Shown here: piece by piece, positions 52,925-64,000 of the stretch
Layout: each line of letters begins with the position of its first letter
How positions within the stretch are numbered: position 1 is the first letter of the stretch
Assembly (NCBI GenBank): GCA_951406725.2
Contig: OX597817.1
Location: forward strand, 19,840,001 to 19,904,000
Length of the DNA: 64,000 nucleotides
Direction of reading: 5' to 3'
DNA from: Octopus vulgaris
Taxonomy: Eukaryota
Program-made: the position numbers and the translations under genes
Notes under the pieces: model-generated
What the model was told of the DNA's origin: nothing
Database searches by the model: none
Seen by the model: the letters and a program-made list of their open reading frames with translations, nothing else

Positions 52925-53300
52925 TCAGGTGCGGTGAATAAAACAAAAATAACACTGATATCTCCTTTTTATAGACATATTTACCAAACTTAGATAAAAA
53001 TATCTGGAAGTACTAAAGATAAAATTTATTCAATAAAATCACGATTGACTTCAACCTCAGCCTCCAGACGACTTTGGAATCTCCTGCAACTCTTCTGGAC
53101 AGCCTCTTTGTTTAAATTGGTGAATGCAGCTATAATACTAGCCTTCAGTTCATCTTTGATGTACCTAAGAGTTTTGTAGGTCTCTCACTCAACTGCACCC
53201 TACACATAAAAATTAAGTGGGTTGCAGTCTCGGGAGGTAGGTGGCCAGATGTTACGGGTAATGTGGTCGCAGAAATTGTCTGACAATTATGACAATCATT
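52925..53300 (-). mobile_element. maT/DD37D-like transposon 3' end
   Basis: Homologous to 25900-26130; terminal caggtgcggtgaataaa next to TA. Confidence 0.7.
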
Positions 53301-53489
53301 AAGGGATGGGTAGCTAGAAGTTATGGGTGGCGCGATACCAAAGGGAGTAGTAGTTTTAATAGTAAAATTTGAAGTGGAGGGAAGAATACAAGGATGCCAA
53401 AATTCTATAGACATATGTGATTGAATAGGTTACTGAGATAGCTAGGAATGAGAGAGGAGGAAAGATGGTATAATGGCATACGTACGTCA

Positions 53490-53720
53490 GCGGCGAGCTG
53501 AAAGAAACGTTAGCACGCCGGGCGAAATGCGTAGCAGTATTTCGTCTGTCGTTACGTTGTGAGTTCAAATTCCGCCGAGGTCGGCTTTGCCTTTCATCCT
53601 TTCGGGGTCGATAAATTAAGTACCAGTTACGCACTGGGGATCGATGTAATCGACTTAATACCTATGTCTGTCCTTGTTTGTCCCCTCTGTGTTTAGCCCC
53701 TTGTGGGTAATAAAGAAATA
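53490..53720 (+). mobile_element. SINE family B, young copy
   Basis: Closely matches the reverse complement of 14753-14978. Confidence 0.85.
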
Positions 53721-53788
53721 GGTATAATGACATAAGTACGTGTGCACAAACACACATATATACACGTGCGCATATGCATACATACATA

Positions 53789-53829
<41 letters not shown>

Positions 53830-54086
53830 GTATACATGGGCATATACATACACATACTTATATATACATTTATGCTCACGCGCATCCATAAATGTATTCA
53901 TACGCACATATGCTTATGCATACATTTATACAAACATGCACACTCACATGCATACGCGCAGGTGCACTCGCACTTACACACTGTCACACTCATGCGTGCA
54001 TACAGATACATATGCATATATATATATATATGCACACACTCATATATTGGTATATACATTTGCACGTACATATACATACACACATA

Positions 54087-54123
<37 letters not shown>

Positions 54124-54137
54124 GTATAAATGTATGC

Positions 54138-54168
<31 letters not shown>

Positions 54169-54259
54169 TATATATATACCCACAAACATATACATACATA
54201 CACAAATATACATGCACAGGCATTTACAAACGCATGTATCCACTTGCATGTCCATATAT

Positions 54260-54980
54260 GTAGTATTAAATGATTGAGATCCTTAAAGTAAGACTTGAGA
54301 GTTAAAGAACTAAAGACAAAAATTTTAAATTTAGATAAAGGACAGTTAAACAGGGTTGTTGGGGAACACCTAAGGGCTGTTGTGGATATATGCTGTGTAG
54401 TTATTTAGGTGGTATTTAGATTTACTGAGGATTTACTGTTTCTTGTAGCTTAAAGAACTGAGATGAGCGGTATATTGTTGTTTAAAATTTATGGTTGACT
54501 CTCTCTATATACAGCTGTGTAATGTGTTGAGGAAGGTGCATTTATAAATTACATTAAGTCCTCTACAATTGGTTTGTAGAGGGCAGATGGACTCAGGACG
54601 TCAGTTACAAGTGAGTGTATTTTGGGTGTTATTTTCAGGAATGGAATAATATTGTAGTACTATATAAAATATTATACAGATATAATATAAAATAAATAAA
54701 AATAAAACCAATCGAGGGAAAATAGAGAAGTTAATGATAAACCAGGATAAAAAGATATACCTACATATACGGGGATTCTACCGCTCTTAATTAGGAAGAT
54801 AGGCATAACTATATAGTTCGTTTATAAGTAGAGGTAGTATATACTAGTTTTTTATACGCTTATAAACATAACTATATAGTTCGTATAGCAGTAGACGTAT
54901 TACATACTAGTTATTATATACGAAATAATAAGACTAATTGTGAAATAAGCTTAATTATACATCAGGAATATAATAAGTCC

Positions 54981-55071
<91 letters not shown>

Positions 55072-56300
55072 CTTTAGTCGTATATCCCTGTGCTGAACAG
55101 TTAAGGGAAGGTAATATGAGATTTATCAAAAGATCTTAATTTTCAGAAACAAATTGGAATATATCATAAGACATAACATGTATTTAATTAGGTAGATCAA
55201 CTTACATGCCAAATATTATAAAAGATGAAATAATAAGTTAAGTAAATTAAATCAAATCATATAGAAAATAAAATAAAATAAAATTAATGGGTTAATACGC
55301 TATTGAAGGAATGTACTAATAATACATTACAGGAATAAATTCATGGTATAATATAATATAATATAATATAATATAATATAATATAATATAATATAATATA
55401 ATATAAGTAAGAATAAGGAGAAATAAAATCTAATTTATAAACAATTCAACCAGGTTAAAACCAAATTGTATTTTACATAATATATGTGGAAGAAAGAACA
55501 TATATCTGATAAATTAATAATATATCCTGAATTAAGAACTTATTACAGGTAAATAATAACTCCAATAAATATTTTAATAAATGATATAGAAAATGGAGAC
55601 CCATAAATCCATATACAGATACACATACTCGCACACGCATACACACACACACACATTTATACATAAACACTTGGTAAAAGTTAGATAAATTGTGTTGATT
55701 ATGAAATTTAGATTTAATTCAATATAGTTTATGGGAAAAGGATAAATAAGTTAAAAATATATAAGTTATACATGAATATAAATACGAAGACAAAATATCT
55801 ATGAATATATAGGTAATGGTAAAATATATATCCATCCACAAAGTAGGGGTTAAAAAATATGTTGATTTTAAAGAAGAGTTTAATGTGGCAAAGGGGAGAA
55901 AGGTTAAACATGTAGTCAAATGGGTTAGACGTGAATGCACATGCAAAGAATAAAATGAGTACTAAATTGAATAATATTTTATCAGTATTTTGAGAATACA
56001 AATTTGGTCCTATGAATACAAGAAAGGTGGCGTTCTTCCCGAAGGTTAAGAATAGGGTATTTTGCCGAAGGGATAGAGAATTTTTCATTTCGAGATAAGT
56101 GACATTTATTCATACTTATTTGATAAGGAGGTTAGTATTTTCCATTTTAAATTATACTTTATATTCTTATCTCTTGGCTCACAACTAAATTTACTCAGAC
56201 CTATGGAACCATATCTACGTCTATTTCTCAAAGATTAGATGTGAGAGGTCAAACGTTTCTTAATTTAATTTTGTGATGAACCTATATAACAACTCTTCAT
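54260..56300 (-). mobile_element. degraded PLE of a second type (CxCR...CPL...C linker)
   Basis: Minus strand TCN*RPESICPLQTNCRGLNVIYKC and VYRESTINFKQQYTAHLSS (GIY-YIG-like) at 54440-54612. Weaker RT-like remnants at 55720-56300; boundaries are approximate. Confidence 0.6.
55347..55405. repeat. (ATAAT)n pentanucleotide microsatellite
   Basis: Read directly from the sequence. Confidence 0.9.
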
Positions 56301-56861
56301 TCCCTGTGCCGTTAGTATACATTGATATACTACGCTTTTACGCTTAAATGCATTTCTGAGTAAGCAGTTACTTTTAATTCTACAATCACAGCTGTTTGGT
56401 ATATCATTGACTTTAGGGATAAATGGAACATATGAGTAGATGTATTGCTCTGTAAATATGTGTTAATGACATTAATATTTGCACAATTATTATTTATAGC
56501 AGAGGCAATAGTTGCCAGAATCTGGATTTAACTATACCCTATTTTAATCGTTTCAATATTAATAATTTCACGATATATATTGTTAGTGGTAAAATGCTCT
56601 TTGAAAGTTAGAATTTACAACATTACTCTTAATTTGCAACGTGATAGGCAGTATCAAACATACATTATCATTATTATTTGATGATTCAACATTTCCTAGT
56701 AGAGTGAGGGTATTGTAGTTTATTTTATATCTATCAGATCTATTTTTGCCTCTGTTATTATTTTCATTTTTTATTTTTAACTTTATGCTTATTCCCATTT
56801 TCATTTATATTTTTGTCTCTAATATTATTTTTAATTTTATAACTATTTTTTTTCTTTTTTT

Positions 56862-57250
56862 TTTACTTGTTTCAGTCATTTGACTGCGGCCATGCTGGAG
56901 CACCGCCTTTAGTCGAGCAAATCGACCCCGGGACTTATTCTTTGTAAGCCCAGTACTTATTCTATCGGTCTCTTTTGCCGAACCGCTAAGTGACGGGGAC
57001 GTAAACACACCAGCCTCGGTTGTCAAGCAATGCTAGGGGAACAAACACAGACACACAAACATATTCACACACACTTATATATATATACATATATACGACA
57101 GGCTTCTTTCAGTTTCCGTCTACCAAATCCACTCACAAGGCATTGGTCGGCCCGGGGCTATAGCAGAAGACACTTGCCCAAGATGCCACGCAGTGGGACT
57201 GAACACGGAACCATGTGGTTGGGTAGCAAGCTACTTACCAAACAGCCACA
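56862..57250 (-). mobile_element. SINE family A
   Basis: Near-identical to 31262-31672. Confidence 0.9.
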
Positions 57251-57902
57251 ACATTATTTCTGATGCTTTCCTTGTAATTGTTAGTATTATTTATATATGG
57301 TAAATGTTTTATCTTATCATTATAACCTGTTTAGCCAAACTATGTTATATTGGTCCTTATGTTTATTAAATATATCCTCATTAGATGAAAATTATGATAA
57401 TCTGCGGCTGATATTTTTAATTAAATCGTTTTTTATTGATGCTGGATGATTGCTTCGGGAGTGTATGTACTTAATTTTAGAGTTAGTTTTTTTTTTTTTA
57501 TAAGGCATCCCCTTAAGCATGTTTCATAACATATTTACTTCTGGATTCTCTACCGATACACTGTATGTCTGAAATTGAAAACTAAACTTTTTCCTATCTA
57601 ATAGTTTATCATTGTTTTTTTACCTTAAAGAGATGAAAGAACGTATCATATATTTTGATATTTTCTCTTTTCATCTTATTCTAGACTTGCTATTTATTTA
57701 TTCATTTAAATAATTTTTTTCATTATTATTATAAACATAAACAATAAGCTATTATTATCATTATATATATGTACCCATATATGCATGTATATATACATAT
57801 AGATGTAGGTACGTACATATATGTATGTATATATGCATGTTTTATTTATTATTTTGTTATTATATGACAGAACGCACGCATCCACTTCTAAGTAAGTTTT
57901 AT

Positions 57903-57941
<39 letters not shown>

Positions 57942-57974
57942 CATACACAGATGCGTGTATGTATGTGTGTGTAT

Positions 57975-58175
57975 TGTGCACGGCTAAATGATTAGAGCAT
58001 CGGGTTTACAATAGTGGAGTTTTGAGTTCCTGGATCGGGGCATGTGTTGTGATCTTGAGCAAGACACTTTATTTCATGTTGCTCTAGTTCTCTCAGCTGT
58101 AGAAATGAGTTGCGACATCATTGGTGACATGCTCCACCAGCCTTGCTCTACCCATCACCGTTCAAGACGGATAGG
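57975..58175 (+). mobile_element. SINE family D, degraded
   Basis: tRNA-like head plus cttgagcaagacactttatttcatgttgctc...ctgtagaaatgagttgcgac. Confidence 0.65.
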
Positions 58176-59285
58176 GTTTTCCTTTATATATATATATTTA
58201 TAATTTTTATTAAAAATACAATATCATCACTAAACTCTTACTCATAATTTCATGTTCCTGATAAACGGGAATGTAAATATCTGAGTAACAGTTCTGTGAT
58301 AACTTTTCAGTTTTAATATAAAGTATATCACTCTACCTTTGCCATTTGATTACTATTTTTTCCACGTTGCTTTGATATTATGTCCCCAACTGTGTGGGTG
58401 TACATACATATACACAAAAAAAGTTCCCAGTAGGTGGCTACAATGAAGCGAACTCTGTACGTGTCAGATACAGGCTAATTACCTCTTGAAAGATGAGAGC
58501 ATTGTTTTAGCAAACATAGAAGAATCGAGAAGATTGGTTTGTTACAAAAAGAAAAGTTGTTGAGAACATGTTTAGCTTTAAAATAGACAGCAATTTCTCT
58601 CACAAGCCACTTAATTTAATGGCACAGAATATTCAAACGGTATCAGCGATGCACAGGTTTCATTTCACAGTAGCCTTCTGCTGGCAACATTTTCCCCTGT
58701 TCTATGAGTATTTGCTCTTCTATCGGACATTCAAAATTTACATTATTTTCTGTAAATCCAAACACGACCACCTGTGTGGTTATAAAAGAACAAGAGGAAG
58801 GGGACAGCGATTGAGCATTGATAAAGTATATGCAAGTTCAGTACAGAAAATGCAATTTCACTTTCATATTTCATTATTATTTGCGCAAACAAGATACATA
58901 GAAACCCGTCTGGAGTAATGTATGGCTGAACATGGTGACTTGGAGAGAGAACGCAAGTCTAATTCATGTTATAAAAGTCCGCCAGGACTTACGATTTCAG
59001 ATTGATGGTTAAAACGAGATGCTTCCCTCATAACTTTAACAATTAGGTGGCCAGTTAAAATCTAGTTTAACTTAAAATGATAAAGAGAGCATACATGTAT
59101 GTAAGTACGTATGTATGTATGTATGTATGTATGTATGTATGTATGTATGTATGCATGTATGTATGTATTTACGTATGTATGTGTAAGTGACATTTATCTT
59201 AAAAACACGCATATACACACAAATATGTATGAGTGTGTGTTTGTATACACACACACAGACACACACACACACATATATATATATT

Positions 59286-59491
59286 CACTAATCCCTCGAT
59301 TATCGCGGTTGTTACGTCCCAAAACTCATCGCGATAGGTGAAAATCTGCAAAGTAGAAACAATACTGTATTGTATATTTTATAATTTGTACATATTTATT
59401 ATATATATGAAAAACAACAGTACAGAGGCATCGACGTAAGCTTAAATAATGATCAGCGATTGGTAAACCGCGATATGGCGAGGGATTACTC
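59286..59491. mobile_element. Tigger/pogo-like MITE
   Basis: TIRs cactaatccctcgattatcgcggtt ... aaccgcgatatggcgagggattact. Confidence 0.75.
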
Positions 59492-59632
59492 CATATATGT
59501 ATATATATATATATATATATATACTACAAACAGACGCACGCATACATATAATTTGCTTATATGTATGTGTCAGTGCGTGTGCGTGCGTGCATGTGTGTAT
59601 GCGTGTTTGTGTGAGTGTATGTGTGTGTGTGT

Positions 59633-59697
<65 letters not shown>

Positions 59698-60869
59698 CCT
59701 GTATTCCTTAACAAATATTTTCTTTGTATATATTATTCTGAACCGATATACTTCAGAACGATATCATTTTGAATTGCAAAATGCTGACATTGGGACAATA
59801 TTAATCCTGAAGGCAATGTTATTTTTTGCATAAGTGAAAATGTATTGATATTCAAACGGGATCCCTGTGGAACAAGAATGCAACGTGGTTGTTAGATTTC
59901 AAAATATGCGTACTTGGCAATTTCAAGATGGTCTAGAACTGTTGACAGGTTTATTCTCTATGGAACCAGTTATATATAAGTGTTAAAAACTGCTAACGAC
60001 TGCATCTAAATATAACGTCGTCCATGAAGTAAAGGGAATAAATTCTTTTGTAAATTTAAGGATGTGTTTAATACTATAGAGAAAAGAAAAACAAATATTT
60101 CCTAGGTTTAAAACATAACCGAAAATTAATTCAAAATTTTATATCCGCTCCTATGGAAATTAAAGAACATTAAATATTTATCGACGCCATTATGTTATCT
60201 TTATATCTAATTAACGGTTCCTCATGGTGAGAAAAAGGTAATAACGTTTCATACTTAAGTTGAGGATAATCAGGCTGGTCCTACATATATTTTGGCATAA
60301 ATGTGTTCAAAGGTGCATCTGTAATTCTATCCAATTAGATACTAGTTAGTTTTTCACTTCATCATAAAACATACACCACGTCATTTGTACACTACTTCAA
60401 AAAATTCTTATGAAATTACTACTTGTCTGAAAATTTGGTTACATTACTATAATTTCAACCGCCTAAACAATATAATAAAATATCGTTTTGTTTCTTATAG
60501 ATAATAATTTGCTTGACATAGTGGACATAATACTCTATGAGGTTGACGTGAAATTGTAGCAGTATAGCTGCTGATGTATTCTAAATTATATCAGCAGATG
60601 GTGCAGAATATAGATTCATATGTTTGCTAACTCTGAATTTTGATTTAGGTTTTCCAAAGTCTATAATTGAGGTCTGAATTGATATAAAAAGTATTTGTAT
60701 ATGAACACCCCATTCTCTATAATGAATTTAAATATTTTCACACAATAATCTGGCCATCCGGTAAGCACCATATGTTGACAGAATTATGATTTAGGAATGT
60801 GTGTTATGCATTACAACATATTAAGATAGTAACTCTTGATACATTCAAGTCACAGATATAGTATATCGA

Positions 60870-61420
60870 AAATATTTGAATGGTAAGAAGTTTGCTTCCT
60901 AACCACATGGGTCCATGATCAGTTCCACTACGTGACATCTTGGACAAGTGCCGTGTACTTTAACCCAGAGCTGACCAAATATGTACGCGTCCGCGTGTAG
61001 CTCAGTAGTAGATGTTTGCTTTCCTACAACTTAGTCCAGAATGAAGTCCCACTGTATGCCTTTTAGCATAGCACCGGGTCGATGAAACCATTGTGAGCAG
61101 ATGCTGTGGAGGGAATCTGAAAAAAGGCCGTCCGCCTTTGTATCGTCTATCGTACTGTCCGAACGTTTTAATGCCCTCTATTGCGTTTTTGTTCCAGTCT
61201 TATCTACGTCCCTTAAATATAGAGGTTCGGCGTAAGTACAAGAAAAATAAGTCATGACGTAGATTCGTTCGATGAAAACTATTAAAGGTAGTTCCTCGGC
61301 ATGACAACTTTTCAATGACTGACACTAGTACAAAATAACAGATATATTCTTTTATTCTTTGTGTTTCAGCGGGGTGGCTGTGGTCATGCTGGAGCACCAC
61401 CATGATGGAGCACCACCAAT
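60870..61420. mobile_element. degraded SINE family A fragments in both orientations
   Basis: tggtaagaagtttgcttcctaaccacatgg...cttggacaagtg on + and tgtttcag...ggtcatgctggagcaccacc on -. Confidence 0.55.
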
Positions 61421-61796
61421 TTTAGAAAATTTCATGAAGAACCATGAATGTAGTAAGGTATAAACAAATGATATATCGTCACTATATCTGACGGGATGTG
61501 AGAAATATGTGCATTTAAAATGATCGTAGTTTGAACGAATGACAGATTGCTGCAAATTTACATTCAAGCAAAAACAGCTGAATATTCATCTCTAAAAAAC
61601 ATCATTTTCCAAAAGTGGAAGTTAAAAATCTGTCAGGTAAGGAATAGGGCAAATGTTTATTTCATTAGAGGATACATTTAAACGGAGTGTTTTCAAAAAT
61701 AAGTTTTAATATATTTCAGATAGAGTATCGGGAATTGCAGTCTATAAAAGTTTGTGAGAATGTGTATAAACAAATATGCAAAGTGTATTCTAATAT

Positions 61797-61907
<111 letters not shown>

Positions 61908-61935
61908 GTATGTGTGTGTATGTGTGTATGTGTGT

Positions 61936-62200
61936 ATCTGTAAAATAATATGTGACAATTATTCAATAGCCAAGATAAAACTCTGAGTTTCGGATGCCGA
62001 GGTGGAAATCCATTACACCATTTAGAGGGCCAGATAACCGAAGAGAAGTTGTTGTGGATTCCCACCTCGGCATCCGAAACTCAGAGTTTTATCATGGCTA
62101 TTGAATAATTGTCACATATTATTTTACAGATGAATTTCCTCTATTTACATAATATTGAGGTCTTTTTCTTTCTTTTGTTATCTTACCGTTTTTACCAATA
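61936..62200 (+). mobile_element. PLE-type inverted-tail insertion: 77-bp-arm hairpin containing a hammerhead (62033-62093)
   Basis: Arms 61936-62012 and 62055-62131 with two mismatches. GATAA-CCGAAGA-[31 nt stem II]-GAAA-CTCaGAG-TT-TTATC. Confidence 0.75.
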
Positions 62201-62211
62201 TATATATATAT

Positions 62212-62271
<60 letters not shown>

Positions 62272-63275
62272 TACTCGTTTACTCTTACTTTGTCTATCTA
62301 TCTACCAATTTATCAATATATATAATTATGCACGCACACACACACACACACATATGTACACACATACATAGATATATTATTTGTGGGTTAACAAGGTTGC
62401 CAATAGTTTCTTGTAATGTGAGATCTTTACAATTGTTCAAGCATACCACATGAGAATCCTGGTACTTCATTTGGGATGAGAATACACGAGATTACAAGCG
62501 GCTGTACAGAATTTCGAAATACATCAACAAATATATAGCAATATACAACTATGTGCATCAAGTATCTCATCGAAAGTAAAGCGTACTCATGTTCCAATGC
62601 AGTATTCTTGAATAGTTCTAAAGACCCATCTTTCGCTATATGAAACCATTAGTGGTCTGGTCAATCCACAAATAAATAATGTAATTTATCCACCAATGTG
62701 GTGTAGAGCATACATTCTCATTGTCCGATATTAGCGTATATATACGTTGGAACAAATGATGGTTTATACATCATACCATGCACACAAGCCTAATGCCATG
62801 ATTTATAGAAATTATTCACATTTCTTTTATTGTTGTCATAATAATTAACAACATCTACTATGAAAGAATTGCCCAACCAACTGGTATGATGCATTTGATA
62901 GCGATCCAGAGATAGATAATATGAAACTGGGATCCTACTGAAACGAATTCAAAACAGTGATGCCTGGAGTAGTACTGTGGAATGTATCTCTATTGAAAAG
63001 GAAAGACAGAATACACTAAGAGAGAGAGAAAGAGAGATAGAGAAAGAGAGAGATTTCATCGTTTTCATTTACTATCCGCCAGCAGACTCTCTGATGATAG
63101 GTAAGTTGGAAATTCGAAGTCACTTGCAAATGTTCTCTGCAAAATATATTAGTAAAAATATGGTCCAATAAAATCTATTGAGTAACCTTGAAATGTAATG
63201 TTTTGAAATATAATTCCACATCAAACAAATATTCATGTGTGTATATATGTGTGTGTGTGTGTGTGTGCATGTGCT

Positions 63276-63342
<67 letters not shown>

Positions 63343-63919
63343 ATAAGTGTATTTATATCATAAACAATGATTGTATGTTTTATATGAGCTCCCCTCAAGA
63401 GCTTGTATGATGCAATCCATAAACATTACATTAAAATTTTCTCCATCTCCTTTCGTTCTCGATAAATTGTATTGTCTTTTCTGACCTCCTTATTTCACCT
63501 TATTTCCGCATCACTTTACTATATGATTGATGAACATTTATATTTCTTCCCAAGTGTTCTCATATTAATGCATCTCATCTAAGATGTACGCAATTCTTTG
63601 TCTCCTAATTTGACTGAAAATCATCTCAGAAATATCCAGTACTATATCGATTACCTACTTGTGCAGACTACTTGTGCAGAGTTGTTAAAAGAAATGTCAT
63701 GTAAAAGGACTTCTCAGAAATGTGGAGTTATTATAACTCCAGACTTAGATCTATGTTATATTTCAAATCACTTGTTTGTTCTTAATTCTTGTATTGAGGG
63801 ACGAACATTCGGTTAGTTATTTGATGTATTTTTTCATCTCCGTTGATTTAAGATAAATTTTGGTGCAGATATGCCAGGTACACTTTTCAAATATACAGTG
63901 ACGTTTATCATGGTAGAGA

Positions 63920-64000
63920 AGGCCAGTAGCTTAATGATTAGGGCATTCAGCTCACGATCATAAGATTGTGGGTTCGAAAGCCAATGGCACGTTGTGCCCT
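63920..64000 (+). mobile_element. tRNA-derived SINE head, cut by the window end
   Basis: agcttaatgattagggcattcagctcacgatcataagattgtgggttcgaa (A/B-box like). Confidence 0.5.

Noticed and set aside
54805-54920. Two ~60-bp diverged tandem units (cataactatatagttcgt...)
   Set aside because: Only two copies with no unique spacer pattern; an ordinary local duplication, not a CRISPR-like array.
58250-59060. Possible piggyBac-like transposase C-terminal remnant on the minus strand
   Set aside because: The Cys pattern is incomplete and no clear TTAA/TIR ends were found.

Overview
This is an AT-rich, microsatellite-dense eukaryotic intergenic or intronic window. The SINE families resemble those I recall from octopus genomes; this is an inference, not a database result. 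No host protein-coding gene is supported, and most short ORFs in the track are (TA)n/(CA)n artefacts. The main element is a near full-length Penelope-like retroelement (PLE, 36077-40881) with a 5' coiled-coil/Pro-His-rich ORF1 and an RT + GIY-YIG ORF2. ORF2 has no start codon of its own before its conserved N-terminal motif and joins ORF1 at an in-phase T_TTT_TTA heptamer, a candidate -1 ribosomal frameshift site. The element has 180-bp inverted pseudo-LTRs carrying a U3-A8 variant hammerhead ribozyme. Further PLE remnants and 'tail-only' insertions with minimal hammerhead motifs are scattered through the window, several as long DNA palindromes inside (TA)n tracts; one palindrome encodes a hammerhead on each strand. 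Also present: an intact 5'-truncated CR1-group LINE RT ORF, L1/Tx1 and R4/Dong LINE remnants, Tc1, DD41D and maT-like remnants, three MITEs, a Helitron-like shell with nested fragments, and at least four SINE families.
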